Origin: Hydrolagus affinis
Lineage: Eukaryota
DNA length: 64,000 bases
NCBI GenBank assembly: GCA_012026655.1
Contig: JAAILG010000826.1
Coordinates: 1 to 64,000, forward strand
Direction of reading: 5' to 3'
Positions within the stretch are counted from its first letter, which is position 1, and each line of letters opens with the position of its first letter. The notes beneath the pieces were generated by a model. The model was given only the letters and a program-made list of their open reading frames with translations, did no database searches and had not been told where the DNA came from. Positions 49,337 through 61,738 of the stretch are shown here, piece after piece. A program made the position numbers and the translations under genes.

Positions 49337-49900
49337 AAGAAAATAACAACCACAAAATTACACTTGTATAGCGTCTTTTATGTCAGAAGGATTCCCAAGA
49401 TGCAAGGCAGTAATTGTTTCTGACTCGAGCTGGGGTTGGGAACAGAGAGTGAGGAAGAAAAGGGGGGGATTTGGGTTGACCGATGGAAAAGTCAAACTGG
49501 AGGGTCTTATGGCAGGACTTCAAGGAGGCCAGGGAGGGGGCGAGGCAGAGGTACTGTGGGATGGAGTTCCAGAGGTTGGGGGCAGAGTGGCTAAAGACTC
49601 GCCCGCCAATGTTGGGGCAGGTGGATCGGGGGATGTGGAGCAAGCTGGAGCTTGCTGAGTGGAGGGTGTGGGCAAGTTGGTAGGAGGTTAGGAGATCACA
49701 GATGTAGGGTGGGGTGATACTGTGGAGAGCTTTGAATGTGAGGGCCAGGATCTTGAATTGGATCCTCTGAGTGGTGGGAAGCCAATGGAGTCGGGCGAGG
49801 ATGGGGGAGATGGGGATCATGAACCTTGGAGCGGTAGAGGACACACGCTGCAGAGTTCTAGATTATGTGCACCCTATGGAGGGAGAAATTGGGAAGGCTG
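49337..49900 (-). mobile_element. L2 3' fragment
   Basis: ISPILARLHWLPTTQRIQFKILALTFKALH..FSHSAPNLWNSIPQ plus tail. Confidence 0.93.
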
Positions 49901-50060
49901 AAAATATAAAAACATATATTTGTAATAAATGATTTTAGCACTTGCAATACCTGGTTTACAGCTGTGTTTGGTGACTAGGTTTTAAAATGGGAAGACTCAG
50001 GAACAAGCTAGAAAATTCTAGTTTTAAGATGAATCAGAGAAACATTTCCATTCCTATGTA

Positions 50061-50884
50061 CAGGTAGACCCCGTTTACCAAATGCCTGGTTAACGAAAGT
50101 TCACTATAATAAGGGTTTCTATTTGTACCACTTATCCGCTTAACAAAGGCTGCTTTCGTGCACAGTTTCTCATGGGTAGCGTCTCTCTCAGTAGCTCCAG
50201 CAACACACGCTCAGTCTTTATCGTGCCTCATTTAAGCTGTCCAGTGCAACCCTTCCCATATGGGAGGAGCTTAAGCGGCAGGATGCTTTGTGGCTTCAAT
50301 AATAGTAAGTCGAGGGCTGTCTGTATTTTATTGTTTATTGTTGTATTTACTAACATTTTAATATTTTATTGTTGTATTTAAAGTTGTGTAGCCTTCAATA
50401 GCAGTTATATCTACCTTAGGCCTTCACTAGTACAGGTTGAGGGTGCTGAATTTGGGCTGTAGCCGAACCCAGGTTCGGGTATTTCCGAACAAATCAGAAC
50501 GCCAGAAGCGTGTCACATAACCTGAAATGCCTGGGCCCGGGTTGCGATATTTCAGTGCGTGACTGTGAAGACCTGGCCTGGAGCAGGTAGGATTAGCGTT
50601 TTTATTCTTGCAATTTTTGTCACATTCCGGATTACGGAACTCTGGATTTTGGAGTACACCGAACCTATATGTTCGAATGTGTACAACCTGTACAACTGCT
50701 AACTGCAAATGTTAGCGCTGGGAACCGCTAGGAACTAAACTGATGTTAGCGGGGAGGCTCGGGTCGGGGCGGCGTTTTGGCTGGAGCCAAACACTGTAAT
50801 ATAGTTAAACTCTCACTGAACAAAATTTTCGCTAACCAAAGGATTTTAAAGACCCTAACCCCTTCGTTAAGCAGGGTCTACCTG
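50061..50884 (+). mobile_element. Non-autonomous deletion derivative of the 43441 Tigger family
   Basis: TA-CAGGTAGACCCCGTTTACCAAA ... TTCGTTAAGCAGGGTCTACCTG-TA. Shares subterminal sequence and the snippet GAGGAGCTTAAGCGGCAGGATGCT with the 43441 element, in the opposite orientation. Confidence 0.92.
50433..50690. mobile_element. Nested Tc1/mariner-pogo MITE (258 bp)
   Basis: TA-CAGGTTG ... CAACCTG-TA, inserted at a TA where the 43441 copy is uninterrupted (CTGGTACCTGCAAATG). Rich in CCGAAC/TTCGG motifs. Confidence 0.8.
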
Positions 50885-51365
50885 TACTGTATATGGATGA
50901 CATGTTTCCGGTGACATCACAACTGTCCTCTGCAACATTAGAGAACCTTTAAGACTTCATTAACTAGGAATGTAACAATTTATGTTGTATTACAACATTA
51001 TTAGTGTAGCAATAGGAATGATGTACTTCAGCGCCATCAAGTTAACAATAGGCATCCCTTCATAGGTGCTTCATATGTTAACCACAGTAATTTTATTCTC
51101 ATATTTCAAAATGAAAATAAATTCTCATGTAGCTACATTTTCCAAATCATGCTCTCTGTTTACTCCTCTTTTTTGTAAAGTATACCTTCAAAACATAACC
51201 TCCTCACCATTTTTTGGAGTCTTGATTTTCCACATATTAAATTACATATTTTTTCTTATAAAGTTTATAAGGATAAGGATTTAGGGATTGTAAATAACGA
51301 CCAATCCCTGTTTTATGAAAGTCTCTGAGACCACCAACATCCAATTCTGCACTATTTAATCCTCT

Positions 51366-51465
51366 NNNNNNNNNNNNNNNNNNNNNNNNNNNNNNNNNNN
51401 NNNNNNNNNNNNNNNNNNNNNNNNNNNNNNNNNNNNNNNNNNNNNNNNNNNNNNNNNNNNNNNNN
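51366..51465. other. Assembly gap (100 N)
   Basis: Run of 100 n characters, the usual placeholder for a gap of unknown size. Confidence 1.
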
Positions 51466-52043
51466 CATAATTGGATATAAAGATAAACGACATCTCAGAT
51501 AGTATCAGAGAAGAAAGCAAAAAACACAGCAACATTTCCATTAATAGCTAACTAATCTCATTGTGCTCACAAAATACGTAATCCTCAAATGCACATACAT
51601 AATGTAGAATGTACAATATATTTGTATAACTGTAGAATGCGTTGCTTCTTACAGTTTGTAGGTTATATGCAGAAGAAACATTCTTGTTTCTATAATCCAT
51701 TGAGAAATATGATTAGTTACTCTTTTGAGGGCATTACAGACCGTCCAAATTGTTAATATTTGACCGCTCTCTTAGACTATCAGAATTTTATGAACCACGT
51801 CTTCAGGTGTGTTTCATCATCTAATCAGATGATCCATGCAGATGATACTTGTTATAATTTAGCATTTTATATCATATTTCTTACATTGAATGCCCCAAAC
51901 TAATTTAATTTGAATTCTGATTGTAAAATTAAAAGTGCAAAAAGATGTATGTTTACATGTTTTTATATGATGGAATATCGCAACCTAATTGCTTTGGGAG
52001 TTAATTCAATAAGAATAATTTTTTTTGCAGCATGCCTGAAACG

Positions 52044-52173
52044 CAGCTGATCTTGTCTCCCTTCAGATCAGCTGGAGTGGCAGGTGTGACAATGAGCTTA
52101 TCGTGTCTGTCACAGTAACATGGATTTCCTGTGAAATTAGGTCACGTTGCAGGTGGGTGGGAACACACAGCTG
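52044..52173. promoter_or_regulatory. Candidate enhancer: E-box cluster plus RBPJ/CSL site
   Basis: CAGCTG x3 (52044, 52069, 52168), CAGGTG x2 (52081, 52150) and GTGGGAA (52157) within 130 bp of non-repeat DNA. Confidence 0.3.
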
Positions 52174-52769
52174 AAGACTGAAATGTGCAGGCACTACTAG
52201 TTAAACGTCCAGCCCATAGTAAAGATAGCAGCAACAGAAATTTTAGCTCAAATTTTTACTTGTTTCCTTTAAGAACCAGTGCCAAAATCTAGGCTCATAA
52301 TTTGAACATCCAGGAGCTGGTATCAATCCAGATAAACTACTGATACAACAACAATAACAACTTCGATTTATATAGCACCCTCCATGCCGGACGACATCTC
52401 AGCGTCTTCATAATACATTCCTGGGCACATTGAAGACTCACTGGCATACAAATTCTCGATATGTGCATTCTAGATAGACAGTAGAGGAGAATACAAGAGC
52501 TTTTAAAATGTAGGAAGGACAGCAATGGGAAGGAAATGTAAATGGATAGGAAAACATATGTTTTGAGGATTCAGATATCGGGTATAAAATGTTGCATATT
52601 TCACCTAATTTATTCAATTTTTGTCTCTACTAGTCTGCATGAATCTGAATCACTGGATCTACCAGTTGTTCAAACAGGTGTGATTTGGAATCGATAAAGT
52701 GGCCCATGTCTGCTGACAAGCAGCTGTCACATTTAAGAATTGTGCTACTGTAAATGTAATGGGTTACCA

Positions 52770-53040
52770 TCCAGCATCAGTTTCCATTTAAATTCTTCAA
52801 AGACACAGTTTCCTCATGTCTCCCACAGTTCTTACCTAAATTACCAACACTTACCTTTGATGGTTCCATTTTTAATCCCTCTTTCATCTTTTGAAATGCT
52901 TGGCCTCACTGTCTCCTGTGATCTCAAAATGAATGCTTATATCTCCCCCATTGCGAAAGCTGCTTCCAAGAAGCTCAGTTTTCACTTTTATGCCACTCAC
53001 TGCTTTGTCTCTTTGGAGCTGTTAACTTTCTATAGGGGCA
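52770..53040 (+). mobile_element. Old CR1-group LINE RT fragment, unrelated to the local L2
   Basis: FHLNSSKTQF..EMLGLTVSCDLKMNAYISPIAKAASKKLSF..CFVSLELLTFYRG matches the FNASKTQ..LG......L.W..HI..IAK.AS.KLG.L..R..F....LL.LYK pattern. Confidence 0.7.
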
Positions 53041-53462
53041 ATTCTATCAAGGCTGAGAAATTTATGGATTTTGATAGTGTCATTCGATATTTGAAAAATC
53101 CTAGTAAATTTACAAACTAACTGAGAATAAAACGTTTTTGGCCGCCAGGACCAATATATATTCTGAACATGTAAGAATTGCCCTTTAAAGTTGTGCAAAT
53201 CTTGAATATTGCATATCTGCGAAACCTATCCAGTTCCTCTTTTTATTTCATGACAGACTACTAATGGCTTTTATTAAATACATGATCCGCATGCCTCTAA
53301 CTACTTGTTCTATCCAAACTTTTCTTAACTCTCTGCATTTTATTTAATTTTTATCTTCATATCAGAATACAGGTGACATGAGTGGAGCCGTAATTTATGC
53401 CTTTTCCTGGTTACTCCGAGAAGGTGGTAATGAACCTTTTCAGTTACTGCTGCATTGATATC

Positions 53463-54612
53463 AGCCTTGAAGGAGGTAAGGGAGGGAGAAAGGTGAAGGG
53501 ATTGTGGGATAGAGTTCCAGAGCGTGCGGGCAGAGAGGCTAAAAGCCCGGCCACCCAAGGTAGGATGGGTGAGGTGAGAGACATGGAGCAGGCTGGAGCT
53601 TGTCGAACGGAGGGAAAGGACAGGTTGATAGGGGTCAGCAGGTCAGAGAGGTGGGAGGGGCAATGCTGTGGAGGACCTTGAACATGAGGACGAGGATCAA
53701 ATTAAATCCTCTGAGGGATGAGAAGCCAGTGGAGCCTGGTGAGGGTGGGGGTGATGGGGTCGTGGAGCCTGGTGCGGGAGAAGACACCAGCTGCAGAGTT
53801 TTGGATGATCTGCAGCTTGTCGAGGGAAGAGTTTGGGGAGGCCAACATGGAGAGAGTTTCTGTAGTTGAGACTTGAGATGACACACATATGTGTAAGGGT
53901 GTCAGCGGCCTGAGGGGTGAGGCAGTGACGGAGACGAGTGATGTTGCGGAGGTGATGGAAGACAATATTGGTCATGGCATAGATATGGGGAGAAAAGACA
54001 GTTCAGGGTTATTCACGACACAGGTTACTATCTGGCTTAGTTAGGTTGAGTGTGCATCTGTGGTTGCTAATGCTACCAGTGCCTGAGGTGCAGAGGCACT
54101 AGCGTGAGCCAATCAGAAGGAGCACGGTTTTGCTGACATTCAGCTGTAGAAAGTTATCTCTCATCCAGGACTTCATATCTGACAGGCAGCCTGTCCGGAC
54201 ATCATTAGTACTATAATTAGGAGTTGGGGAAAGAGATAGAGTTGGGTGTCATCGGCATACATGTGGAAATTTACTCCATGTCTGCAGATGATGTCACCAA
54301 GGGGGAGCATGTAGAGGTTGAAGAGGAGAGGATCAAGGACAAAGCCCTGAGAAACACCACACAAGATGTTGCAGGGGATGGAAGAGAAACTGTTTGTGGA
54401 GACAAAGTGAAGATGGTGTGAGAGATAGGACTTGAACTAGTCAACGACAAAACTTTGAAGGTTGAGGTGAGAGGAGATGTGGTGGAGTATTGAGTGGTCC
54501 ACGGAATGAGAGAGGATGAGGCGGCAGAGGGAGCCCTGGTCACAGATGGACAGGCTGTCATTAGTGACCTTGACCAGAACTGTTTCCATGCTGTGAGCAG
54601 AATGGAAAACTC
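53463..54612 (-). mobile_element. L2 internal/3' fragment including the RT core
   Basis: [42 protein letters not shown]; KLQIIQNSAA..LHW; GGRAFSLSARTLWNSIPQ. Confidence 0.95.
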
Positions 54613-55074
54613 ATGATACTACATAATTATTCCTCTGAACTTTTATTGTTTAGTTTCTTCATTATGTGAGGTCTTCCTGCTTTCTGGCTAATAATCCTCC
54701 TTCTGAATTGATCATTCACCTCATTCCATTCGTAAGACAGTTTATATTCCAGGCTTACATTGGATAATAATGACTAAAATGTTTTAAGATATTAACACTG
54801 CAATCAAAAGCTCTAACAGTCCCAGCTGTACCAACAGCAGAAGCTTGTCAGAGTGCTTGCGATGGCAAACTATGCTGTTTTGGCTGCCTAACCTCCATCA
54901 GTAACTCAATGCACACTCTGGTACCATAGATTATTAGCTCTTCCCAACCTGTACAGTTTCCAGATAAGTGGGGAGCATCCCTCCAGGAAGAGAAATGTGT
55001 ATATGATCCACTTGAAACATAGTAAGAACATTTCCATGTCTGGGTGATATGTATACCATCCATGCCATCAAATA

Positions 55075-55575
55075 CTCTGTCTTCCTCTACCCCCTGCAAC
55101 ATTGCCCGGCTCTTCCATTTTGTCACATTGCAGGTCGCCAAAACTCTCATGCATTTATTTATAACATCCAGGATTCACTATGCAAACTCCTTGCTTGCCG
55201 ACCTCCCCAACTTCTCTCTCCACAGGCTGCAGATGATCTAGAACTCTAGGTTCCGTGACCATATTGCTTGACTCCACTGGCTTCCCATCACCCAGAGGAT
55301 ACAATTCAAGATTGTGATCCTTCAAAGTCCTCTATGCCCTTGCTCCCCCTACTTCTGCAAGCACATAACCACCTTCCAACCTGCATGCTCCCTCCGCTCA
55401 GCAGGCTCTAGCCTGCTTCATGTCTCCCCGCCTCGCCCACCCCAACATTAGCGGGTGGGCTTTCAGCCACTCTGCTCACCCTCTGGACCTCCATTCCAGT
55501 CTCTCCACCTCACCCCATCCCTTACCTCCTTCAAAACCCACCTCAGGGCCATCCACTTTGACTGTGTGTTCAATC
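55075..55575 (+). mobile_element. L2 3' fragment
   Basis: CNIARLFHFVTLQVAKTLMHLFITSRIHYANSLLADLP..SLTSFKTHL. Confidence 0.9.
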
Positions 55576-56063
55576 AACCTCCTTCTGATAACTTTTACTT
55601 GCTCAGTGCCTGTGTCCCATGTTATCCTCCCATCATGAGTTGAGCACAGATGTGAAAACAAGAAGGTTCAGAGGGAGAAGGGCACTCCTGAAAATCCTCC
55701 CAATTAGCTGTCCATATCATTTTCTCCTTATCAGTTATTTTCCCTAGCAGCCTACGAAGGGTAGGGGCTAAACCTGTGATAAGGGGAGGTGGAGTTAGAA
55801 AGACATAAAACAAAGATGTAACTTTGTGAAATGGTTGTAGTTGTGTAGAGGGTCAACATACTTCCCAGTGGAATCAATATCCATTCTACTTTACCTATGG
55901 TCTCAGTTTTAAGATGTTTGTATTACTTGATAAACTTTGGATTATTACACCACAGTATTTGTCATGTCCATCCAAATCTCTTACACTTGGCATGATTGGA
56001 AAAAAAAAGGGAAGATATCATGAAGCACTTTCATACGTCTCAATGATGTAATAAGATGCTATC

Positions 56064-56368
56064 TAATAATAATAATAATCCTTACATTTGATATAGCACT
56101 TTTCACGTCTTCTAGATGTTACAAAGCACTTCACAGAATACTGTAAAGTGAATTGACTGTATATTTGTGCGTGAAACATGGCAGCCAATTGTGCATAGCA
56201 GTGTCACACAAACAGTCGTGGATTGAATGACTGAATTATTTTTTGGGAACGAATTAGTATTAGGTGTGAGGAGTAAGTAAACTAGCCCAAGGCTTTGCCC
56301 TGCCTGGAATCGAACCCAGGTCTTTCACTTTTGAGGCGAGTACTCCAACTACTGAGCTACAGGACTCC
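56064..56368 (-). mobile_element. Full-length tRNA-Ala SINE inserted in an older + strand SINE tail
   Basis: Tail through head ACTGAGCTACAGGACTCC. The flanks GAAGCACTTT..GATGCTATC (56022-56063) and CTATTAAATGCAAGAATTATTATT (56370-56393) join into one SINE tail. Confidence 0.9.
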
Positions 56369-58286
56369 ACTATTAAATGCAAGAATTATTATTATAACTC
56401 TGCCTAGTTTGGATTCTCTGAAGCATGGTAGAGGATTTCTGCATGTGGCAGACACCAAACTGACCACAAACAAGCTGTTGCAACATTATAAGACACTTTA
56501 AATGCAATATCTTCCTTTGTAGATTCTCACTACATTGAAATCAAGACCCCAGATCGCCACCCTCATTTTTCTGTATCTCCTAATCTATCAGCTCAGGATC
56601 GCTTCACTTATTGTGTTTCCCTCTCCTACTCATGTCATCTTCAGTGATGGAATACACTGTGAGGTTCAACCCTTCACATAGTTTCCTCAATTACAGGAGC
56701 TCCTCACTCCCTTGGCAGATAGAGTGGAACAGAAAAGTGGTGAAGCCTTAATGAAACTTCTGCGTCAACATTCCCTGAGTTGTTTGTTGATTTGGTCAAT
56801 TCCTTCTATAAGCTGGTGCAGACATGGCCTCTGGAACTGTCAAAGTGCCACTGAAGCTCTCATTGATGACTGGGAGCCTCTCAGGCTTTGTAGACATCCA
56901 TCACAGATGAATTCCTCACCTGAAGTAGATTCTTCAGCCGTGGCTTTCAAATGGATAGCAGCATAACAGATAAGGCACAAGACGACAATTCAGATTCAGG
57001 CATAACATCTGCTCATTTTTTATAAGATTTCAGCATTTTTCTATAAACACTCTGCTCTCCAGTGGATTATGTTAATCTGACAGTGTAGCAGAATATTGCT
57101 TTCATGAATGTGGCTGGATTATTAAGGCGCTGCTACAGTCTCCAATTATTTATCATCCTTTCTCCGTTGGTTACCATACCGCTATGTTTGGTTAATCAAA
57201 TGAGAAATCAATTAACTCCGATTGTAAATCAAGCTGAAGTGTTTCAGATCAATATGAATTTTGTCCTAGGAAAATGAAAAATACCCAGCATTTTTGGTCT
57301 CAGAGCAGTCAGCACTGATGCAAAAGCAACTGAAGAAAAAAGATTGTGTGTACTTTATCATGCACTGTATTTCATAGATACAGGCAGTGATCTAAGCCAA
57401 GATTATAGTTAGCTTTGTGAAATGTAATTTTGAAGCAAAGAAACCCTAAACTGAAACAAGGCTGTTGAAGTGAGCTATCCTCAACTGAGAAATTAATACT
57501 GTTGATTCTGCTGATTTGAATTTCTAACTTAGTTGTATCTTTAGAAGTAGTCTCGGATTTATGGAATATTCAGCATGGCGTTTCAACTGTAGAATGATTA
57601 TGTCAAATCACAGGATTGGACCCAGATTGTTTGTACATTTAAAGAAAATTTGATATAAAAAACCAGTGGTGAAATGTGATTGCTGCTGAGCATAACATCT
57701 TTGATGACATGGCTTGTCATGGAAATCCCATTAATAAGTGCAGTGCAGTCGTCAAACTTGTTGCACTTAGTGGCATGAATAATTTTTTCATATCTCTAAT
57801 CTCTACTATGAGAAGACTTTTAAAAAGATAGGATAGTCAACTTCTAACAGAACGTGAAATTAATCTTTTAGGCTGTGTAATATTGCAGATTCCTTTGAAA
57901 AATGGATGCAATCTTACAAAAAAACTCCCAATCTTAGGTGAGTTGGTATCTCATGAAGCTGCACTGAAATGCAATGCCTAACAGCAATGATGGCTCTTAT
58001 AGTTTAGGCAAAAACATTGGTGACGCTGAAGAGAGTCATAAGGAAATACATTACATCTGTAACCAGCTATCATTATTTATTGACCGGGCATTGCAATATT
58101 TCTTAACACATTTGTTGATGTGTTAATTAGCACAAATTGCAAGGAAACACCTCAATTTTCATCTCAAATGACTCAGTCACACATTAAATTAGGATTGAGG
58201 ACTCTAATATATAGGTTTAAAATTTAAAGGCAAAAGGAGTTCAACATCATATATTGTAGTCCTACTTGGCTAGTCACCCACTAGCC

Positions 58287-61200
58287 ATGGCCACACATCC
58301 TCTGGGATGATGCCGCTCTGCTGATCCCTTGCTCTTGGCTCCCTGCGTGCTCACTTTGGCTGCTGCCCCGACCCGAGCCTCCCCCCACACCCTAAATGTC
58401 TGTCCTCCCAACCCCCTCTATATACTACTCCCACGCTGTCCTTCTCTCCCACTTCCCCCGCTGCCTATCTCCCCTCAGCCCACCTCTGCAACTCTCCCGC
58501 TCTGCCCTGCTCTCTCTCCGCCCTTCCCGCCTCCCATCCCCACTCGACCCTCCCACAGCCTCCCCCTGCTCCAGCCTGGGAATCCTCTGCCAGGCTCACC
58601 ATGGCACTCAATGTTGGTTGTCGAGCAGCAGCCACACCGATTGTCCCATTCCACATCACTGCCGCCAGCCACACCAAACACAGATCTGGGGGGCTAACCT
58701 CTCCTCTCTCATCCCCATCCCCTCCACCCCTACTGCCCAATCCGGTCCCCACTTACATCCCTCTGCCAACTGCTCCCTTTGTGTTGGCCTCCAAAATGTC
58801 CGCTCCCTCTGCAACAATACCCAGGCCATCAACGATCTCATCCTCAATGAAAACGTTCACATCATGGCCCTAACTGAAACCTGGATCACCCCAGGGGACA
58901 CCTTCCCCCTCACAGAGGCCACACCACCTGGCTACACCTTCCACCACGTCCCTCGCCCCAACCGGTGCGGCGGTGGCCCTCATCTCTAGGGAGCCACTTG
59001 CCCTATCCTCCTACTCCTCTGGTTCCTTCCCCTCTTTCGAACACCTCACCCCTCTCCCACTCCTCCCATCTCTCCCTCAAAATCCTCCTTGTTTACCATC
59101 CCCCAAAATCCTCCCCAACCTTCATCTCTGACTTCTCCACACTCCTTGTCTCCCTCTGTGCCTCCTCCAATCGCCTCATCATCCTCGGCGACTTTAACCT
59201 CCACTTCACACCCTCCTGCTCCACATCCTCAGAATTCTCCTCCCTCATCTCCTCTCTCAACCTCTCCCTCCACATCCACTCCGCCACCCACGTTCACGGC
59301 CATCCGCTTGACATGGCGATCACCCGGGGACTCAGTGTCTCGGATGTCACCATCTCTGACAAGGCCATCTCCAACCACCACTTCATTCCTTTCAACTCCT
59401 ATAACCCTCTTCCCTCTACCCCCAAACCTACCACCATATTCTACTGCTTATGGAAGAAGGTCCCCCCCACAAACTCTCTCCACTGCCTTGGAGTCCTCCG
59501 AACTCCTCTCCTTCTGGCTCATCTCCTGCACTAACCCATCCTCCGCACCCTTTCCACCACATTCAACACTCTTGCCCCCCTCACTTCCCGAACTGCCTCC
59601 TACTCCCGAACCTCACCCTGGTTCACCACCCACCTTCATTCCCTCAAGGGCCAGGTGCGGGCCACTGAATGCACCTGGCTCAAATCTATCCTCACGGTCC
59701 AGCGGCATATTTGGCTGGACCTCACATCTTCCTACCGCTCCATCCTATCCTCCGCCAAATTGTCCTTCTACTCCAAGATAATCCTGGAGGCGAAGGACAA
59801 CCCCGGACTTCTCTTCTCCACCACCAACCGTCTCCTCCGACCACCCCGCCTTGCCTCGCAGATCCTATCCTCAAACTCCCGCTGCAAGGAGGCGCTGGAT
59901 TTCCTCGTGACCAAAATTGAGGGAATCCTCTCTGCGGTCACTGTCCCCCTACATTCCACCCCCTCCCCACCTCCCCCCCACACCCGGTCTCCTACCCATC
60001 CCCCCCTCCACACCTTCGACCCCATCTCCCCATCCTACATTATTGAGACCATCTCCTCAATGAAGCTCACCACCTGCTCCCTTGATCCCATCCCCACTCC
60101 CTTCAAAACTGCCACCATCATTCCCATCTTAAAAAAGCCTTTCCTTGATGTGTCACAGCTATCAAGCTACCAGCCCATCTCCAACCTCCCCTTCCTTTCC
60201 AAGGTCCTTGAAAGAGTGGTTGTCTCCCAGCTCTACTCTTTCCTCACAAAACACACACTCCTCGAACCCCTTCAATCAGGTTTCCGTGCCTCCCACAGCA
60301 TGGAAACTGCCCTGGTCAAGGTCACAAACGACATCCTGACCATCTGTGACCAGGGCTCCCTCTGCCTCCTCGACCTATCCGCTGCCTTCGATACCGTGGA
60401 TCATGCTATCCTCCTGCACCACCTTTCCTCCCTCCTCAACCTGCAAGGCTCTGTCCTCGAATGGTTCCAATCCTCTCTTTCCCACCGCCTTCACTTCGTC
60501 TCCTCCAATGACTTTTCCTCCAGCCCCTGCACAGTCACATGCAGGGTTCCCCAGGGCTCTGTCCTTGCCCCCCTGCTCTTCACCCTCTACACTCTCCCCC
60601 TGGCCGACATCATCTAGACATGGGGTAAATTTCCACATGTATGCGAATGACACCCAACTCTACCTATTCACGTCAACCCTCGATTCCATGACCACTGGCG
60701 TTCTGACTGCATGTCTGTCGGACATTGAGTCCTGGATGAGGGCAAATTTCCTACAACTCAACGATGGAAGCCCTCCTGATTGGCTCACATCAACACCTCC
60801 GCACCTCAGGCGCTGACAACATCAGCATTCAAAGCTGCTCTCTCCACCTCTCAAAGCCAATCAGGAATCTGTGTGTATTGTTCGATCCCAAACTATCCTT
60901 CCTCCCCCGCATCCGCTCCATGACCGGCACAGCCTTCCACCACCTCTGCAATATTGCCCGACTCCGCCACTACTTCACCCTCCACGCCGCCGAAACTCTT
61001 CATCCACGCCTTTATCACTTCAAGGCTCAATTACGGGAACTCTCTTTTCATCGGCCTCCCCTTCACAGGCTGCAGATCGTTCAGAATTCTGCAGCTCATC
61101 TATTCTCCCGCATCAGGCTTCGCGACCACATCACTCCCACCCTCGCCTGTCTCTGTTCAGCGGACTCAGGCCTGCTCCGCGTCCACCGCCCTAACCACCC

Positions 61201-61495
61201 AACCATCGGTGGCCGGGCTTTCAGCCGCTCTGCTCCCACACTGTGAAACTCCATCCCTCAGCCCCTCCGCCTTGCTTCCTCCCTTTCCTCCTTCAAGGCC
61301 GGTCTCAAGACCTTCCTCTTTGACCGCACTTTCGGCTGCCCCACCAACTCTTCCCCCCTCCCACTCTCCTTCCCCTTCCCCCTACCCTGATCCTACCACC
61401 CCCTCGCTCGGGTCCCGACCTGACTGTTCAGTGCTTTAGGACGTCCTCCTGATGTGAAAGGCGCTATATAAGTGCAAATTTGTTGTTGTTGTTGT
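58287..61495 (+). mobile_element. Near full-length, inactivated L2 LINE (APE endonuclease + RT)
   Basis: APE motifs LQNVRSL, IMALTETWI, IILGDFNLH, THVHGHPLD; RT motifs YQPISNLPFLSKVLERVV, QSGFRASHSMETALVKV, LDLSAAFDTVDH, VPQGSVLAPLLF, YANDTQLY. (TTG)n tail; several frameshifts and deletions. Confidence 0.97.
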
Positions 61496-61700
61496 ATCAG
61501 CTCTATCTTAGCTCCTACTCATTGGGTCTCTATTGACCCAGTGGATTTCCATTATGAACTAGCAATCAAAATGTTCTCAATCAGCATATGATAGAGTATA
61601 TTTTACATCAGTTGCATAAATAAACACTTAATGTAGCCCAAAACAGAAGTTACTGGGAATACTCAACAGGTCAGGCAACATCCATGGAGAAAGGAAAGTG

Positions 61701-61738
61701 AGTCAAAGTTTCAGTTCCATAACCCTTCATCGGAACTG
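61701..61738 (-). ncRNA. Second, more decayed hammerhead-like motif in the left arm
   Basis: Reverse strand AGTT-CCGATGA-AGGGTTATGGAACT-GAAA-CTTT-GACT; the core carries a U-to-C change. Confidence 0.45.

Noticed and set aside
56880-56925. Minus-strand EEFICDGCL resembling a zinc-finger end
   Set aside because: Too short, followed soon by a stop, with no supporting neighbouring exons.
58329-61439. Many long Pro/Ser-rich or Gly-rich ORFs in alternative frames and on the minus strand
   Set aside because: By-products of the C-rich L2 sequence. Only the APE/RT frames have recognisable motifs, and these are disrupted.
58250-61525. Possible TSD around the long L2 (TAGTCCTACT vs TAGCTCCTACT)
   Set aside because: The right copy is not adjacent to the tail and the match needs a gap.
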